Source: Thermotogota bacterium
GTDB lineage: Bacteria > Hydrothermota > Hydrothermia > LBFQ01
Direction of reading: 5' to 3'
DNA length: 64,000 nucleotides
NCBI GenBank assembly: GCA_013153965.1
Contig: JAADDJ010000016.1
Location: 23,530 to 87,529 of the forward strand
Position numbers and translations under genes: made by a program. Positions 1 to 8,368 of this stretch are shown piece after piece. Under the pieces are notes generated by a model. The model worked only from the letters and a program-made list of their open reading frames with translations. It was not told where the DNA came from and ran no database searches. The number at the start of each line of letters is the position of its first letter. The stretch's first letter is position 1.

Positions 1-1
1 G

Positions 2-784
2 GCCCATGGAGTAGCCGTACTCCCCTCGGGTGAGGTTATCGTCGTCGGGAACACTTGGAATTCCGGCAACTTCGCCCCGGAGCGTAGGCTCTTCGGCACT
101 CCCGGCTACAACGATGCTTTCGTCAGCAAACTCTCGGCAAATCTCTCCGAGCATATAGCCACATCAATTCTGGCGAGCAACGCCTCCGACTACGCTCAGG
201 GCATAGCCCTATCCCCCGATGGCGTGATCGCGGTGGGGGAGGTGGGAGATGCGAGCAGCTTCGTTCCCGATAGGGTAATATTGGGCTCTCTGGGATTCTC
301 CGAGGGTTTCGCCAGTCTCCTAACACCCGACTCCCTGATGCCCGTGCGCACCGTTATCCTCGCGGGTGAGGATGTAGATGCGGCGACGGCTGTCGTGCTG
401 GGGCGCGATGGGGATCCCGTAGTGGTCGGCGCCACGGAGGATCCCTCCACCTTCCTTTCGGATAGGCTCATATTGGGAACTCCGGGTGAGAGCGATGGGT
501 TTCTGGTCAAACTGCCCCCCTACCTCTCCCTCTCGGAGGACGCCGAAGATGGAGATTTCGCCGTCCATACCGACGGCCGGCGGATCACGGTGATCCTGAG
601 GCGGCCCTCGTACGTGGGGTACGACGTCTATTCGCCCGACGGCAGACTCCTGCGCAGGGTTAGTTTGGGCTACCTGCCCCCGGGACGCCACGAGCGCGTT
701 ATGGACCTGCCCACCGGAGCGTACGTCCTGCTCTTGCGTATCGGAGAGAGCGTGGTCGTAAGACGATTTATCCATCTGCCTTAA
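2..784 (+). CDS. Secreted beta-propeller-repeat protein, C-terminal part (5' end upstream of window), with T9SS-type C-terminal sorting domain
   Basis: Frame 2 is open from the window edge to TAA 782-784. Repeated strand-end motifs (GYNDAFVSKL, GESDGFLVKL) resemble SBBP-type beta-propeller repeats. The last ~70 aa (YDVYSPDGRLLRRV...GAYVLLLRIGESVVVRRF) share a pattern with the C-termini of 2016-3440, 14463-16226 and 47683-49503. Confidence 0.6.
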   Translation, partial: AHGVAVLPSGEVIVVGNTWNSGNFAPERRLFGTPGYNDAFVSKLSANLSEHIATSILASNASDYAQGIALSPDGVIAVGEVGDASSFVPDRVILGSLGFSEGFASLLTPDSLMPVRTVILAGEDVDAATAVVLGRDGDPVVVGATEDPSTFLSDRLILGTPGESDGFLVKLPPYLSLSEDAEDGDFAVHTDGRRITVILRRPSYVGYDVYSPDGRLLRRVSLGYLPPGRHERVMDLPTGAYVLLLRIGESVVVRRFIHLP

Positions 785-787
785 AAT
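782..787 (+). promoter_or_regulatory. -10 box TAAAAT, 7 nt upstream of GTG 795 (leaderless-type)
   Basis: Sequence CCTTAAAATACCACCG-GTG. The TAA stop of the upstream CDS is the first 3 nt of the box. No SD is present. Confidence 0.5.
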
Positions 788-794
788 ACCACCG

Positions 795-1937
795 GTGGAT
801 GTTATAGACAGGTACGTCTTCTCCGGCGACGTCCATGGGGCGCTGAGAATCGCTGCAAGGAGGTTCCGACAAGACGGGGATGTTCGGGCCTTTGAGACCC
901 TCATAAACGTCCTGACCACGATGCGCAGGATAAGGAGCATCCGGAGGCTCCTCAGACGTTTCGCCGGAAACTACCCGAACTCGGAGGTCTTAGGCGTACC
1001 GGTCCATCTTCGGATGCTTCGCATTGACCGCCTTTTAAAGATTTTTCCCCGCCTTACACCCACCCAGAGGGTGTGGGTGCATGCCATATTGGGTGAGGTT
1101 CATAAAGCCAAGGAAACCGTAGAGACCTACAACGTTGAGGGCTTCGCCCGTGAGTATGTGAGGATACTGATGGGCGAGCGGCCGAGTCTGCCGCCTAAAC
1201 TCCCATACAGGATGAGTCTCCTCTACAGGGATCATCTCAAGGCCCTGTACTACGCCGTATCCGGTCTCACCGACGAGAGCGTGAGGCTATTGGAGAGCAT
1301 AACGGAGGAGTCCCTCCGCAGGGGATTCTTGGGATGGGGGATAGACGCTTCGCTCCTCAGGGGCCTTCTGGAGGGGGATCCATCCCGAATAGCCCTCGCC
1401 GGAGGGTTAGCCCGGGAGCTGGGGGACCTCCTCTCGCTCAAACTTTCGGAGATATACCTTTTACCCTTCACGGGGGTGGAGCCCACCCTCCCATCCGTTC
1501 CGAGATTTTCAATCCAGATGCGCCACGCGAGGGCGGTACGAAACGGGGAGAGGATAACCCGCCTCCCCGGAGAGCCCTTCGGATACTACGCCCTATGGTG
1601 GTACGTCTCCAAGCGGGTAAATCGGGAGACCTACCTATCGTTCGCGGGAAGGTTGAGGTTGATGGGTGGGGATAGGGAGGTGCGGGTCCAGAGGTGGAGG
1701 AGAAGCAACATAGTCCTCGCCTTCCATAAGATCTTCGGCCGGGGCGGCATCCGCTACGCCCGGATCATATTCCCCGAGAGCCCTTCGCCGGAGAGGCGGT
1801 ACAAGGAGTATCTGAGCCGACTTGGGGAGATTCAAAATGTCCCGACCGACGCCTTCATCACCCTCCGCTACGGCACCTTCCTCTCGGATGAGGAGGGCAC
1901 TTGGGCCCAGTTTCTCAAGGATAACGTGAAGGCGTAG
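795..1937 (+). CDS. Hypothetical protein with C-terminal OmpR/SARP-like winged-helix region; paralog of 63160-64000
   Basis: The C-terminal ~110 aa (YLSFAGRLRLMGGDREVRV..RRSNIVLAFHKIF..YKEYLSRL) fit the SARP/OmpR wHTH layout. They align closely with YLSFSGRLRLMRGVEEIEL..RKALVMLAFYRTV..IAEYMRYI in the minus-strand ORF at the other window edge. The helical N-terminal part has no motif I recognise. Confidence 0.55.
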   Translation: MDVIDRYVFSGDVHGALRIAARRFRQDGDVRAFETLINVLTTMRRIRSIRRLLRRFAGNYPNSEVLGVPVHLRMLRIDRLLKIFPRLTPTQRVWVHAILGEVHKAKETVETYNVEGFAREYVRILMGERPSLPPKLPYRMSLLYRDHLKALYYAVSGLTDESVRLLESITEESLRRGFLGWGIDASLLRGLLEGDPSRIALAGGLARELGDLLSLKLSEIYLLPFTGVEPTLPSVPRFSIQMRHARAVRNGERITRLPGEPFGYYALWWYVSKRVNRETYLSFAGRLRLMGGDREVRVQRWRRSNIVLAFHKIFGRGGIRYARIIFPESPSPERRYKEYLSRLGEIQNVPTDAFITLRYGTFLSDEEGTWAQFLKDNVKA

Positions 1938-2015
1938 GCCTCCGAGCGGTCCGTTGCCAGAGCATGGCAACGAGGGTTATGGGGCGGCGGTCTTCGTGAA
2001 TATCATCGTCGCAGT

Positions 2016-3440
2016 ATGAGAAAGCTGATAGCGGCGATTGCCATGGTCTTCCTCGGATTCGGGGTTGTGGAGGGGCAAACGTGCCCCTCCAGCTGCGATA
2101 CCATAACCAGCGGCTCCCAAACATTCTGCAGGTGTCTAATACATAGGTCCTCCGACACACTGGATAGGATGCAGCTGGTGACGGACGAGCCGCTCACCAT
2201 AGTTGATGTCAATGGCGACGGTCTTAGGGACATACCTTTCGGCATATGGGCCTCGGGTAGGATAGGCGCCTACGTACTGCTTCAGAGCGACAGCGGGATT
2301 CCGGGCAACTTTACCGAGGTCAAGATATCGGACACCAGCACCTACGGGATAACCGCCATAGGGGACATAAACGGGGACGGTATCCTTGACTTCGCGACGA
2401 CCACCCACTGGTCCGGCCACAAGGCCCTCATCCTCACGTCGCCGGGCTACGTGGGACCGTACAACGAGAGTCTCCTCTTCTACGATTACGACGCCATCCC
2501 CAACTCCATAACCTCAACGAGGGACCTCGTATTTTTCACCGACTATGCGGGTGCCCTAACCTACTACAATCTGCGGGATTCCTCCCTCACCCGTCTGCTT
2601 GACAGCACGAATAGGTACTGCGGGGACGGCATAGCCATAGGGGACTTCAACGGAGACGGCTACACGGATGCGGCGTGCTCCAACTATAGCGGCTCCCCCT
2701 CAAGCAGCTTCAACGGTCTGGTCGTCCATTACATAAGGCCCTTCCTTGGGACACCCCCCGAGGTCATAAGCACCGAGCCCTTCCAAGGCATCGTGGCCTA
2801 CGACTTTGACGATGACGGGGCGCCGGATATAGCCGCGGCGGGTGAGAAGGTGAGCATCTTCTACAACGAGAGAGGCAGCTGGACGGAGGTAGTTCTGGAC
2901 AGCAACTTCGCCTACAGCTCCTTCGGGATCCCCTTCAGCCGGGTCAATATAATGGACATAGACTGCGATGGGGATGTGGATATAGTGGCGGCCACCTCAT
3001 GTCCCACGGGTGATGGGGCTACCCTCGTCTGGTACGAGAATGTGGATATGAGGGCGAGGACTTGGGAGCGCCACCCGATTGAGTTCGGTGGCAACAACTG
3101 CTCCGGGGGGAGGCCCTATCCTTACGGCTTGAGGGTGGGCCTGCTGGACGAGAGAGACACCTTGGGACGGGGAGATATAGTGATCGTATGGAACGCCTCC
3201 AACGAGCTTTGGGCGTATTACAACGTATCTACGGATGCGCCCGAGTGTAAGATTCTGGGCGAGGATGATGAGCTCGCCGTAAGCGAGAGGAGAAGTTTCT
3301 CACGGGACGAGACGGTCAGCGTATTCTCCGCCGATGGCCGTAGGATCTTCCACGGCAGGTTCTCGGATGTACCCTCCCTTGGGCCGGGAGTCTATTTCGT
3401 AGTCGGCAGGGGTCATGTGGAGAAAGTGGTGGTGAAGTGA
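2016..3440 (+). CDS. FG-GAP/VCBS-repeat secreted protein with T9SS-type C-terminal sorting domain
   Basis: Signal peptide MRKLIAAIAMVFLGFGVVEG. Repeats DVNGDGLRD, GDINGDGILDF, GDFNGDGYTD, YDFDDDGAPD, MDIDCDGDVD. C-terminus VSVFSADGRRI..GVYFVVGRGHVEKVVVK. Confidence 0.75.
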   Translation: MRKLIAAIAMVFLGFGVVEGQTCPSSCDTITSGSQTFCRCLIHRSSDTLDRMQLVTDEPLTIVDVNGDGLRDIPFGIWASGRIGAYVLLQSDSGIPGNFTEVKISDTSTYGITAIGDINGDGILDFATTTHWSGHKALILTSPGYVGPYNESLLFYDYDAIPNSITSTRDLVFFTDYAGALTYYNLRDSSLTRLLDSTNRYCGDGIAIGDFNGDGYTDAACSNYSGSPSSSFNGLVVHYIRPFLGTPPEVISTEPFQGIVAYDFDDDGAPDIAAAGEKVSIFYNERGSWTEVVLDSNFAYSSFGIPFSRVNIMDIDCDGDVDIVAATSCPTGDGATLVWYENVDMRARTWERHPIEFGGNNCSGGRPYPYGLRVGLLDERDTLGRGDIVIVWNASNELWAYYNVSTDAPECKILGEDDELAVSERRSFSRDETVSVFSADGRRIFHGRFSDVPSLGPGVYFVVGRGHVEKVVVK

Positions 3441-3446
3441 GATGAG

Positions 3447-3472
3447 GGGGGTGGGAGAAAACTCCCACCCCC
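3447..3472 (+). terminator. Perfect 11-bp stem / 4-nt loop hairpin after the FG-GAP gene
   Basis: GGGGGTGGGAG-AAAA-CTCCCACCCCC begins 7 nt after stop 3438-3440. No U-tract follows, so terminator function is inferred only. Confidence 0.45.
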
Positions 3473-3486
3473 GCGACCCTCAAGTC

Positions 3487-3492
3487 TATAAT
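3487..3492 (+). promoter_or_regulatory. -10 box TATAAT, 6 nt upstream of GTG 3499 (leaderless-type)
   Basis: Sequence GTCTATAATTTCGGC-GTG, in frame with the RsfS ORF. Confidence 0.5.
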
Positions 3493-3498
3493 TTCGGC

Positions 3499-3837
3499 GT
3501 GCTTTCGGAGAATCTTCAGCGTATTCTGAATCTGATACGTGAGGCGGCGGGCGAGGATGTGGTCATATTGGACATACGCAAGATCAATCCGGCCATAGCA
3601 GAGTACTTCGTCATAGCCACGGGCTACACCTCGGACCACCTTCTGGATATGGCCGAGAGGCTCGTATCCGCCTTCGGCGGCAGGGTTGAGGGGGGCGAGC
3701 TCTCCTCTTGGGTTCTGGTGGATATGGGGGACGTGGTGGCCCATCTCTTCCTGCCCGATGCGAGGGCATTCTACTCCCTTGAGGAGCTCTACGGCGATGC
3801 CGACGTCGTATTCTCCGAGAAGGAGGAGATGGTGTGA
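3499..3837 (+). CDS. rsfS: Ribosomal silencing factor RsfS (iojap family)
   Basis: Motifs VVILDIRK..EYFVIATGYTSDHL..WVLVDMGDVVAHLFLPDARAFYSLEELYG. The ORF-track start 3442 would translate through the hairpin and the TATAAT box, so GTG 3499 is preferred. Confidence 0.85.
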   Translation: MLSENLQRILNLIREAAGEDVVILDIRKINPAIAEYFVIATGYTSDHLLDMAERLVSAFGGRVEGGELSSWVLVDMGDVVAHLFLPDARAFYSLEELYGDADVVFSEKEEMV

Positions 3838-5807
3838 GGCGGATAATAACCTACGTTGAGGAGCAGGACCCGCTCTTAGCCTTGGCCGTCATACCCGTGG
3901 CCATAACCTTCCGGGGGATACTTGAGGGGACTTTTGAGTTCATGCGAAACCTCCACTTCCAGATGACCCTCTTCAAATCCTTCCTCTTCTTCTTCCTCCA
4001 TCAGGGGGCCTTCTACTTCGCCGCCTTCGTTTGGCTGGCCCTCATCCTGACCCTCTTCGGCCGCAGGCCGCCCCTAAAGGCCTTCAACTTCGTGGCCACC
4101 TTCTCGCCGATAATCGTCCTCCCACCCCTGATTGATGCGCTGATGGGGGGAGGGTACAGGCTGCACTACATCTTCACCTGGTCGGATGCCGCCAACGTCC
4201 TGATGAACTTTTTCAACCCCTTCGTTGAACTTCGCGGCATAACCTATGGCATGAGGCTGGAGATAACTTTGGCCATGCTGGGTATGGCCGCCTACGTCCT
4301 CTTCCACACCCGGAAACTCTCGGCCGCCGTACTCACGGCCGCCGGAACGTTCTTCATCCTCATGTTCATAGGCTCGCTTCCCGGAGTTATGGCCGGAATT
4401 ACCGGTCGCAAGGACATATTCACCTACGGTGCCACATCCCTGATACCCGACGACACCATGCGGTACGCCATCTTGGAGATATTCGCCCTGACCTTGGGAC
4501 TCGTCCTCTTCCTCTTCGCCTACAGGCGGGACCTGGCCGTGAAGGTCCTGAGCCTGAGGCTGCAGAAGCTCCCCTTCTATCTGGCCATGGGCGTCGTGGG
4601 ATTCGCCCTCGGGTGGAAGCTGGGGGGGCATCTGTGGCCCCATCCCTTCTCCAACCCCTTTGACTACGTGGCCCTCGCGGGACTGCTTCTGGGCCTCACC
4701 TTCGCCCACCACTTCGGAGTCCTCATAAACGACTATTACGACCTGAAGATTGACAGGGTGAATCGCAAGCCCACCCCCCTGTCGGAGGGGGTTATGAGCT
4801 TCAAGGAGGCGAAGGTGATAGCAGCCATCCTCTTCGTTATGGCGGTGGCTACCCTCCTGTCGTTGGGATGGGACGCGTTCATCTTGGGGCTGGCCCTGCT
4901 GGGGCTGGCGTGGATATACTCCGCCCCTCCCCTAAGGACCAAGCGGTTCCACATCCTCGGCACCCTCACCTTGGGCCTGATAGCCCTATTCTGTCAGTAC
5001 GTGGGAGCCTCCCTCTGGCTGATGGGTCAGACCCTCCTCGCCTACCCCACGGATGTGGCTCTGGCTACCGTCGTGGGCGTGGCATTCGGCTTCGGCGTCA
5101 AGGACGTTGAAGATTACGAGGGGGACCGGAGGTTCGGTGTCCGCACAAACTACACCCTCTTCGGCTTCAGGATAGGCAGGATCCTCTCGGGATTATTCAC
5201 CGGTGGAGTCTTCATCCTCATACCGATCATATTGGGACTGAAGGAGGCCCTCATATACGCCGTGCCTTTGGGTCTCATAGCCGGATTCGTCGCCAGTCGG
5301 GAGAGATTCCACGAGAAGCTCCTCTGGGGACTGTTCTTCCTCCTGCTGGTACCCACCGCCTACCTATACCTGAAGAGGCCGGTGAGAGGAGCCCTTGAGA
5401 TATCCCGCACGTATAACCACTACAACTACGTCGCCACCATCTTCCGCAGGGACGCGCGGGAGGGGGCGAGGGCTCTGGACAGCCTTCTGGGGATCCTTCC
5501 CTGCGACCACAGGCTGGTTGAACTGAAGTTGAGATTCTTGAGCGACCGCCATCCCGAGCGGGCTATAGATTACTTTGAGGATGTGAGGGGCAGATGCCGC
5601 ATGGACGGTAGAATGCTCCTAAGCGCAGCCCGAGCCCACCTGAAGTTGGGCGATACGGATGAGGCCGAGAGGCTCGCCAAGTTGGCCCTGAAGGTCGGTG
5701 AGGTCAGGGCGTTGGGATTCTTGGCCCACCTCTACCAGATGGAGGGGATGACCTACGAGGCGGCCCTCTACGAGGCCCGGTACAGGCGGCTGGTGAAAGG
5801 TCGGTAG
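3834..5807 (+). CDS. UbiA-family prenyltransferase fused to an N-terminal polytopic membrane extension and a C-terminal TPR-like tail
   Basis: The start overlaps the rsfS stop (GTGA). Both UbiA Asp-rich motifs are present (NDYYDLKIDRVNRKPTPL; KDVEDYEGDRRFG). About 240 aa of extra TM helices lie upstream. About 110 aa of helical repeats (LKLGDTDEAERLAKLALKVGE) lie downstream. Confidence 0.7.
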   Translation: MRRIITYVEEQDPLLALAVIPVAITFRGILEGTFEFMRNLHFQMTLFKSFLFFFLHQGAFYFAAFVWLALILTLFGRRPPLKAFNFVATFSPIIVLPPLIDALMGGGYRLHYIFTWSDAANVLMNFFNPFVELRGITYGMRLEITLAMLGMAAYVLFHTRKLSAAVLTAAGTFFILMFIGSLPGVMAGITGRKDIFTYGATSLIPDDTMRYAILEIFALTLGLVLFLFAYRRDLAVKVLSLRLQKLPFYLAMGVVGFALGWKLGGHLWPHPFSNPFDYVALAGLLLGLTFAHHFGVLINDYYDLKIDRVNRKPTPLSEGVMSFKEAKVIAAILFVMAVATLLSLGWDAFILGLALLGLAWIYSAPPLRTKRFHILGTLTLGLIALFCQYVGASLWLMGQTLLAYPTDVALATVVGVAFGFGVKDVEDYEGDRRFGVRTNYTLFGFRIGRILSGLFTGGVFILIPIILGLKEALIYAVPLGLIAGFVASRERFHEKLLWGLFFLLLVPTAYLYLKRPVRGALEISRTYNHYNYVATIFRRDAREGARALDSLLGILPCDHRLVELKLRFLSDRHPERAIDYFEDVRGRCRMDGRMLLSAARAHLKLGDTDEAERLAKLALKVGEVRALGFLAHLYQMEGMTYEAALYEARYRRLVKGR

Positions 5808-5825
5808 GAGCGCATTCCGCCCCCG

Positions 5826-5831
5826 TACAAT
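5826..5831 (+). promoter_or_regulatory. -10 box TACAAT, 6 nt upstream of TTG 5838 (leaderless-type)
   Basis: Sequence CCGTACAATTCCCCC-TTG. No SD is present. Confidence 0.4.
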
Positions 5832-5837
5832 TCCCCC

Positions 5838-6590
5838 TTGAAACTCCTCGGATTCTTCCGCGTGGGACCTATAGACCTGTTGGACATCGCCCTGATGACC
5901 CTCATCGTCTTTGTGGTTCTGAGGGTCCTGCGTGGCACCAAGGCCATCATCCTCCTGATGGGTGTGGGAGTCCTCCTCCTTCTGGGTTTCATAGCCGAGA
6001 GCTTGGGGTTGGTGGCTCTCGGACTCCTCATATCCGCCATAAAGGCCTTCGGTATAGTGGCTCTGATAATCCTCTTCCAGCCGGAGATAAGGCGACTCTT
6101 GATAGAGATAGGCTCCAACCCCCTCCTGCGATTCTTCCTGCCCCCGGAGAAGGTCCCCCTGAACGAGCTTCTGACGGCCATAGAGGAGATAAGGCGTCGC
6201 AAGTTGGGGGCGCTGATAATCATACAGAGGAGGGTCTCCCTTATGGAGTACGCCGAGGAGACGGGTACCATAATGGACGCGTACCTATCCGCACCCCTGT
6301 TGGTGGCCATATTCACCAAGGAGTCCCCCCTCCACGATGGGGCGGTGATAATCAAGGAGAACCGTATAGTGGCATCAACCGTTATGTTGCCCATGAGCGT
6401 GCGGATAAAGGGGGTAGGTGCCCGCCACAGGGCGGGGGCCGGTATAACCGAGGTCTCGGATGCCATCGCCATAGTCGTCTCGGAGGAGAAGGGCAGCATC
6501 ACCCTATTCCATCGCGGCGAGCCATACACCAACCTCTCCATCCCGCAGCTGAAGGGACTTTTGGAGGACCTGCTCAACTATGAAGGGTGA
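5838..6590 (+). CDS. cdaA: Diadenylate cyclase CdaA (c-di-AMP synthase)
   Basis: N-terminal TM helices are followed by DAC-domain motifs: GALIIIQR, SPLHDGAVII, GARHRAGAGITE, VVSEEKGSITL. Confidence 0.9.
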   Translation: MKLLGFFRVGPIDLLDIALMTLIVFVVLRVLRGTKAIILLMGVGVLLLLGFIAESLGLVALGLLISAIKAFGIVALIILFQPEIRRLLIEIGSNPLLRFFLPPEKVPLNELLTAIEEIRRRKLGALIIIQRRVSLMEYAEETGTIMDAYLSAPLLVAIFTKESPLHDGAVIIKENRIVASTVMLPMSVRIKGVGARHRAGAGITEVSDAIAIVVSEEKGSITLFHRGEPYTNLSIPQLKGLLEDLLNYEG

Positions 6591-7410
6591 GAATCTGAAG
6601 GAGCTGTTCGTGGCCTTCCTCATAGCGTTGGCCGTATGGTTCTACGCCAAGATGAGCCGGGAGTACGAGCTGATCGTCAAGGTTCCCGTGGTCTTCATAA
6701 ACGTGCCCGAGGGAAAGGCCTTCGTTGAGCGCACGGACACGGTGATACTCAAGGTGAAGGGGACGGGATTCAATCTCCTGCGATTCCGGATGTTCTCGCC
6801 GAAGCTCGTCTATGATCTGGGGGAGGGTAAGGACGAGGGGATACTACCCATAGACACCGCCCATCTGATGCCCAAGGCCAGAGTCTCCATATCTCCCCTT
6901 CTCACCGACGGCGTCAGATACAAGCTGGATGAGGAGATAACGAAGACCGTGGCGGTCTCCCCGACCATAAAGGGAAGACCGAAGAGGGGATTCGTTCTCT
7001 ACGGTTGGGAGGTTGAGGGCAACGTGAAGGTTAAAGGACCGAGGGTGATAGTGGAGAGCTTGGATTCACTTCCCACCTATCCCATTGACATAACCGGGAG
7101 GAAGCGGGACTTCAAGACGACCGTGAAGGTCTTCACCGAGGGTCTCGGGCTCTCCGACGTGTCCCCCGAGAGCGTCGTCGTCCATATCATGATAGACAGC
7201 ATCATAACCCGTGAAGTTCCAGTGATACTGCAGGATACTACCCTCCGAGCCGAAGTTAGAGGGCCGAGGCGCATCGTTGAGGAGATAAAGAAGCTTCGGG
7301 CATTCCCCTTGGGGGATTCCCTCGTGATACCGCGTCCCGAGGGGACCGACGTTATCCTACTCAAGGATGAAGGCGGCCGTACTGAGGAGCGCCAGGGACA
7401 TTCGCGTTGA
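6580..7410 (+). CDS. cdaR: CdaA regulatory protein CdaR (YbbR-domain protein)
   Basis: It overlaps the cdaA 3' end. An N-terminal TM anchor (LFVAFLIALAVWFYA) is followed by repeated YbbR-like beta modules. Synteny with cdaA supports the call. Confidence 0.7.
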   Translation: MKGENLKELFVAFLIALAVWFYAKMSREYELIVKVPVVFINVPEGKAFVERTDTVILKVKGTGFNLLRFRMFSPKLVYDLGEGKDEGILPIDTAHLMPKARVSISPLLTDGVRYKLDEEITKTVAVSPTIKGRPKRGFVLYGWEVEGNVKVKGPRVIVESLDSLPTYPIDITGRKRDFKTTVKVFTEGLGLSDVSPESVVVHIMIDSIITREVPVILQDTTLRAEVRGPRRIVEEIKKLRAFPLGDSLVIPRPEGTDVILLKDEGGRTEERQGHSR

Positions 7411-8368
7411 GGAGGTACCCCTCCCCTCCGTGGGACCGGAGGACCTCCTGGTCAAGGTGCGAATCTGCGGAATATGTACGGGGGAGCTCATGGACTGGTA
7501 CGTGGAGCGCAAGGCCCCCTACACGCCCGGACACGAGTTTGTCGGCACCGTCGCGAAGGTCGGGGAGAGGGTTGAGGGATTCTCCGTAGGCGAGAGGGTG
7601 GTCGTCCATCACCACGCCCCCTGTATGGAGTGCGACCACTGCCGATTCGGCGACTACGTGCATTGTCCCGTATGGAGGAGGGGAGGCGTTGAGCCGGGAG
7701 GATTCGCCGAGTACGTGAGGGTTCCGAAGCATATCTGGAAGGTGGATGTCCTGAAGGTTCCCTCCCACGTGTCGGACGAGGATGCGGCTCTGGTTGAGCC
7801 CCTGGCCACGTCGGTGAAGGCGGTAAGACGGGCCCAGATAGTGAAGGGGGAGCCGGTTCTGATGGTGGGGTTGGGTTTCATGGGCCTGCTCAACTACGAG
7901 GTGGCAACCCTGTTCGGAGGCGATGTCTGGGGTGTGGATATAAATCCCCGCAGGGTGGAGATGGCGCGAGAGAGATGGGGAATCCGGGCCCATCTGCCGG
8001 AGGAGTTGGAGGGCAGGAGATTCCGCAAGGTATTCGTAAATCCCGGAACCCCCTCCGCAGTCCTATCGGGATTGGATTTCGTCAAACCGGGGGGAAGTGT
8101 GATTCTCTTCGCCCCCCTACCCCCCGGCCGGAACGTCCCGTTGGACTTCAACCGTCTCTACTTTGACGAGATAACCCTGATCCCCTCCTACTCGGCCGGA
8201 CCCGACGATACCCGCCTCGCCCTGAGGATCATATCCGAGGGGAGCGTTAGACCCTCCAAATTCGTCAGCGCCCGCGTACCCTTGAGTGAGATATCTCGGG
8301 GATTTGATCTGGCCCGCCATCCGGACGTGATCAAGGTGATGGTACGGATATCCGAAGATGGAGATTGA
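7367..8368 (+). CDS. Zn-dependent medium-chain alcohol/threonine dehydrogenase family protein
   Basis: Motifs VRICGICTGE..PGHEFVG..CMECDHCRFGDYVHC and Rossmann GLGFMG. It overlaps cdaR by 44 nt. Confidence 0.8.
   Translation: MKAAVLRSARDIRVEEVPLPSVGPEDLLVKVRICGICTGELMDWYVERKAPYTPGHEFVGTVAKVGERVEGFSVGERVVVHHHAPCMECDHCRFGDYVHCPVWRRGGVEPGGFAEYVRVPKHIWKVDVLKVPSHVSDEDAALVEPLATSVKAVRRAQIVKGEPVLMVGLGFMGLLNYEVATLFGGDVWGVDINPRRVEMARERWGIRAHLPEELEGRRFRKVFVNPGTPSAVLSGLDFVKPGGSVILFAPLPPGRNVPLDFNRLYFDEITLIPSYSAGPDDTRLALRIISEGSVRPSKFVSARVPLSEISRGFDLARHPDVIKVMVRISEDGD

Noticed and set aside
2001-2006. Weak -10 candidate TATCAT 9 nt upstream of ATG 2016
   Set aside because: It matches only TA...T. It is plausible as another leaderless start but too degenerate to list as a feature.
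3442-3498. Upstream extension of rsfS from the track ATG
   Set aside because: It would translate a perfect 11-bp hairpin and a consensus TATAAT box. RsfS similarity starts after GTG 3499.
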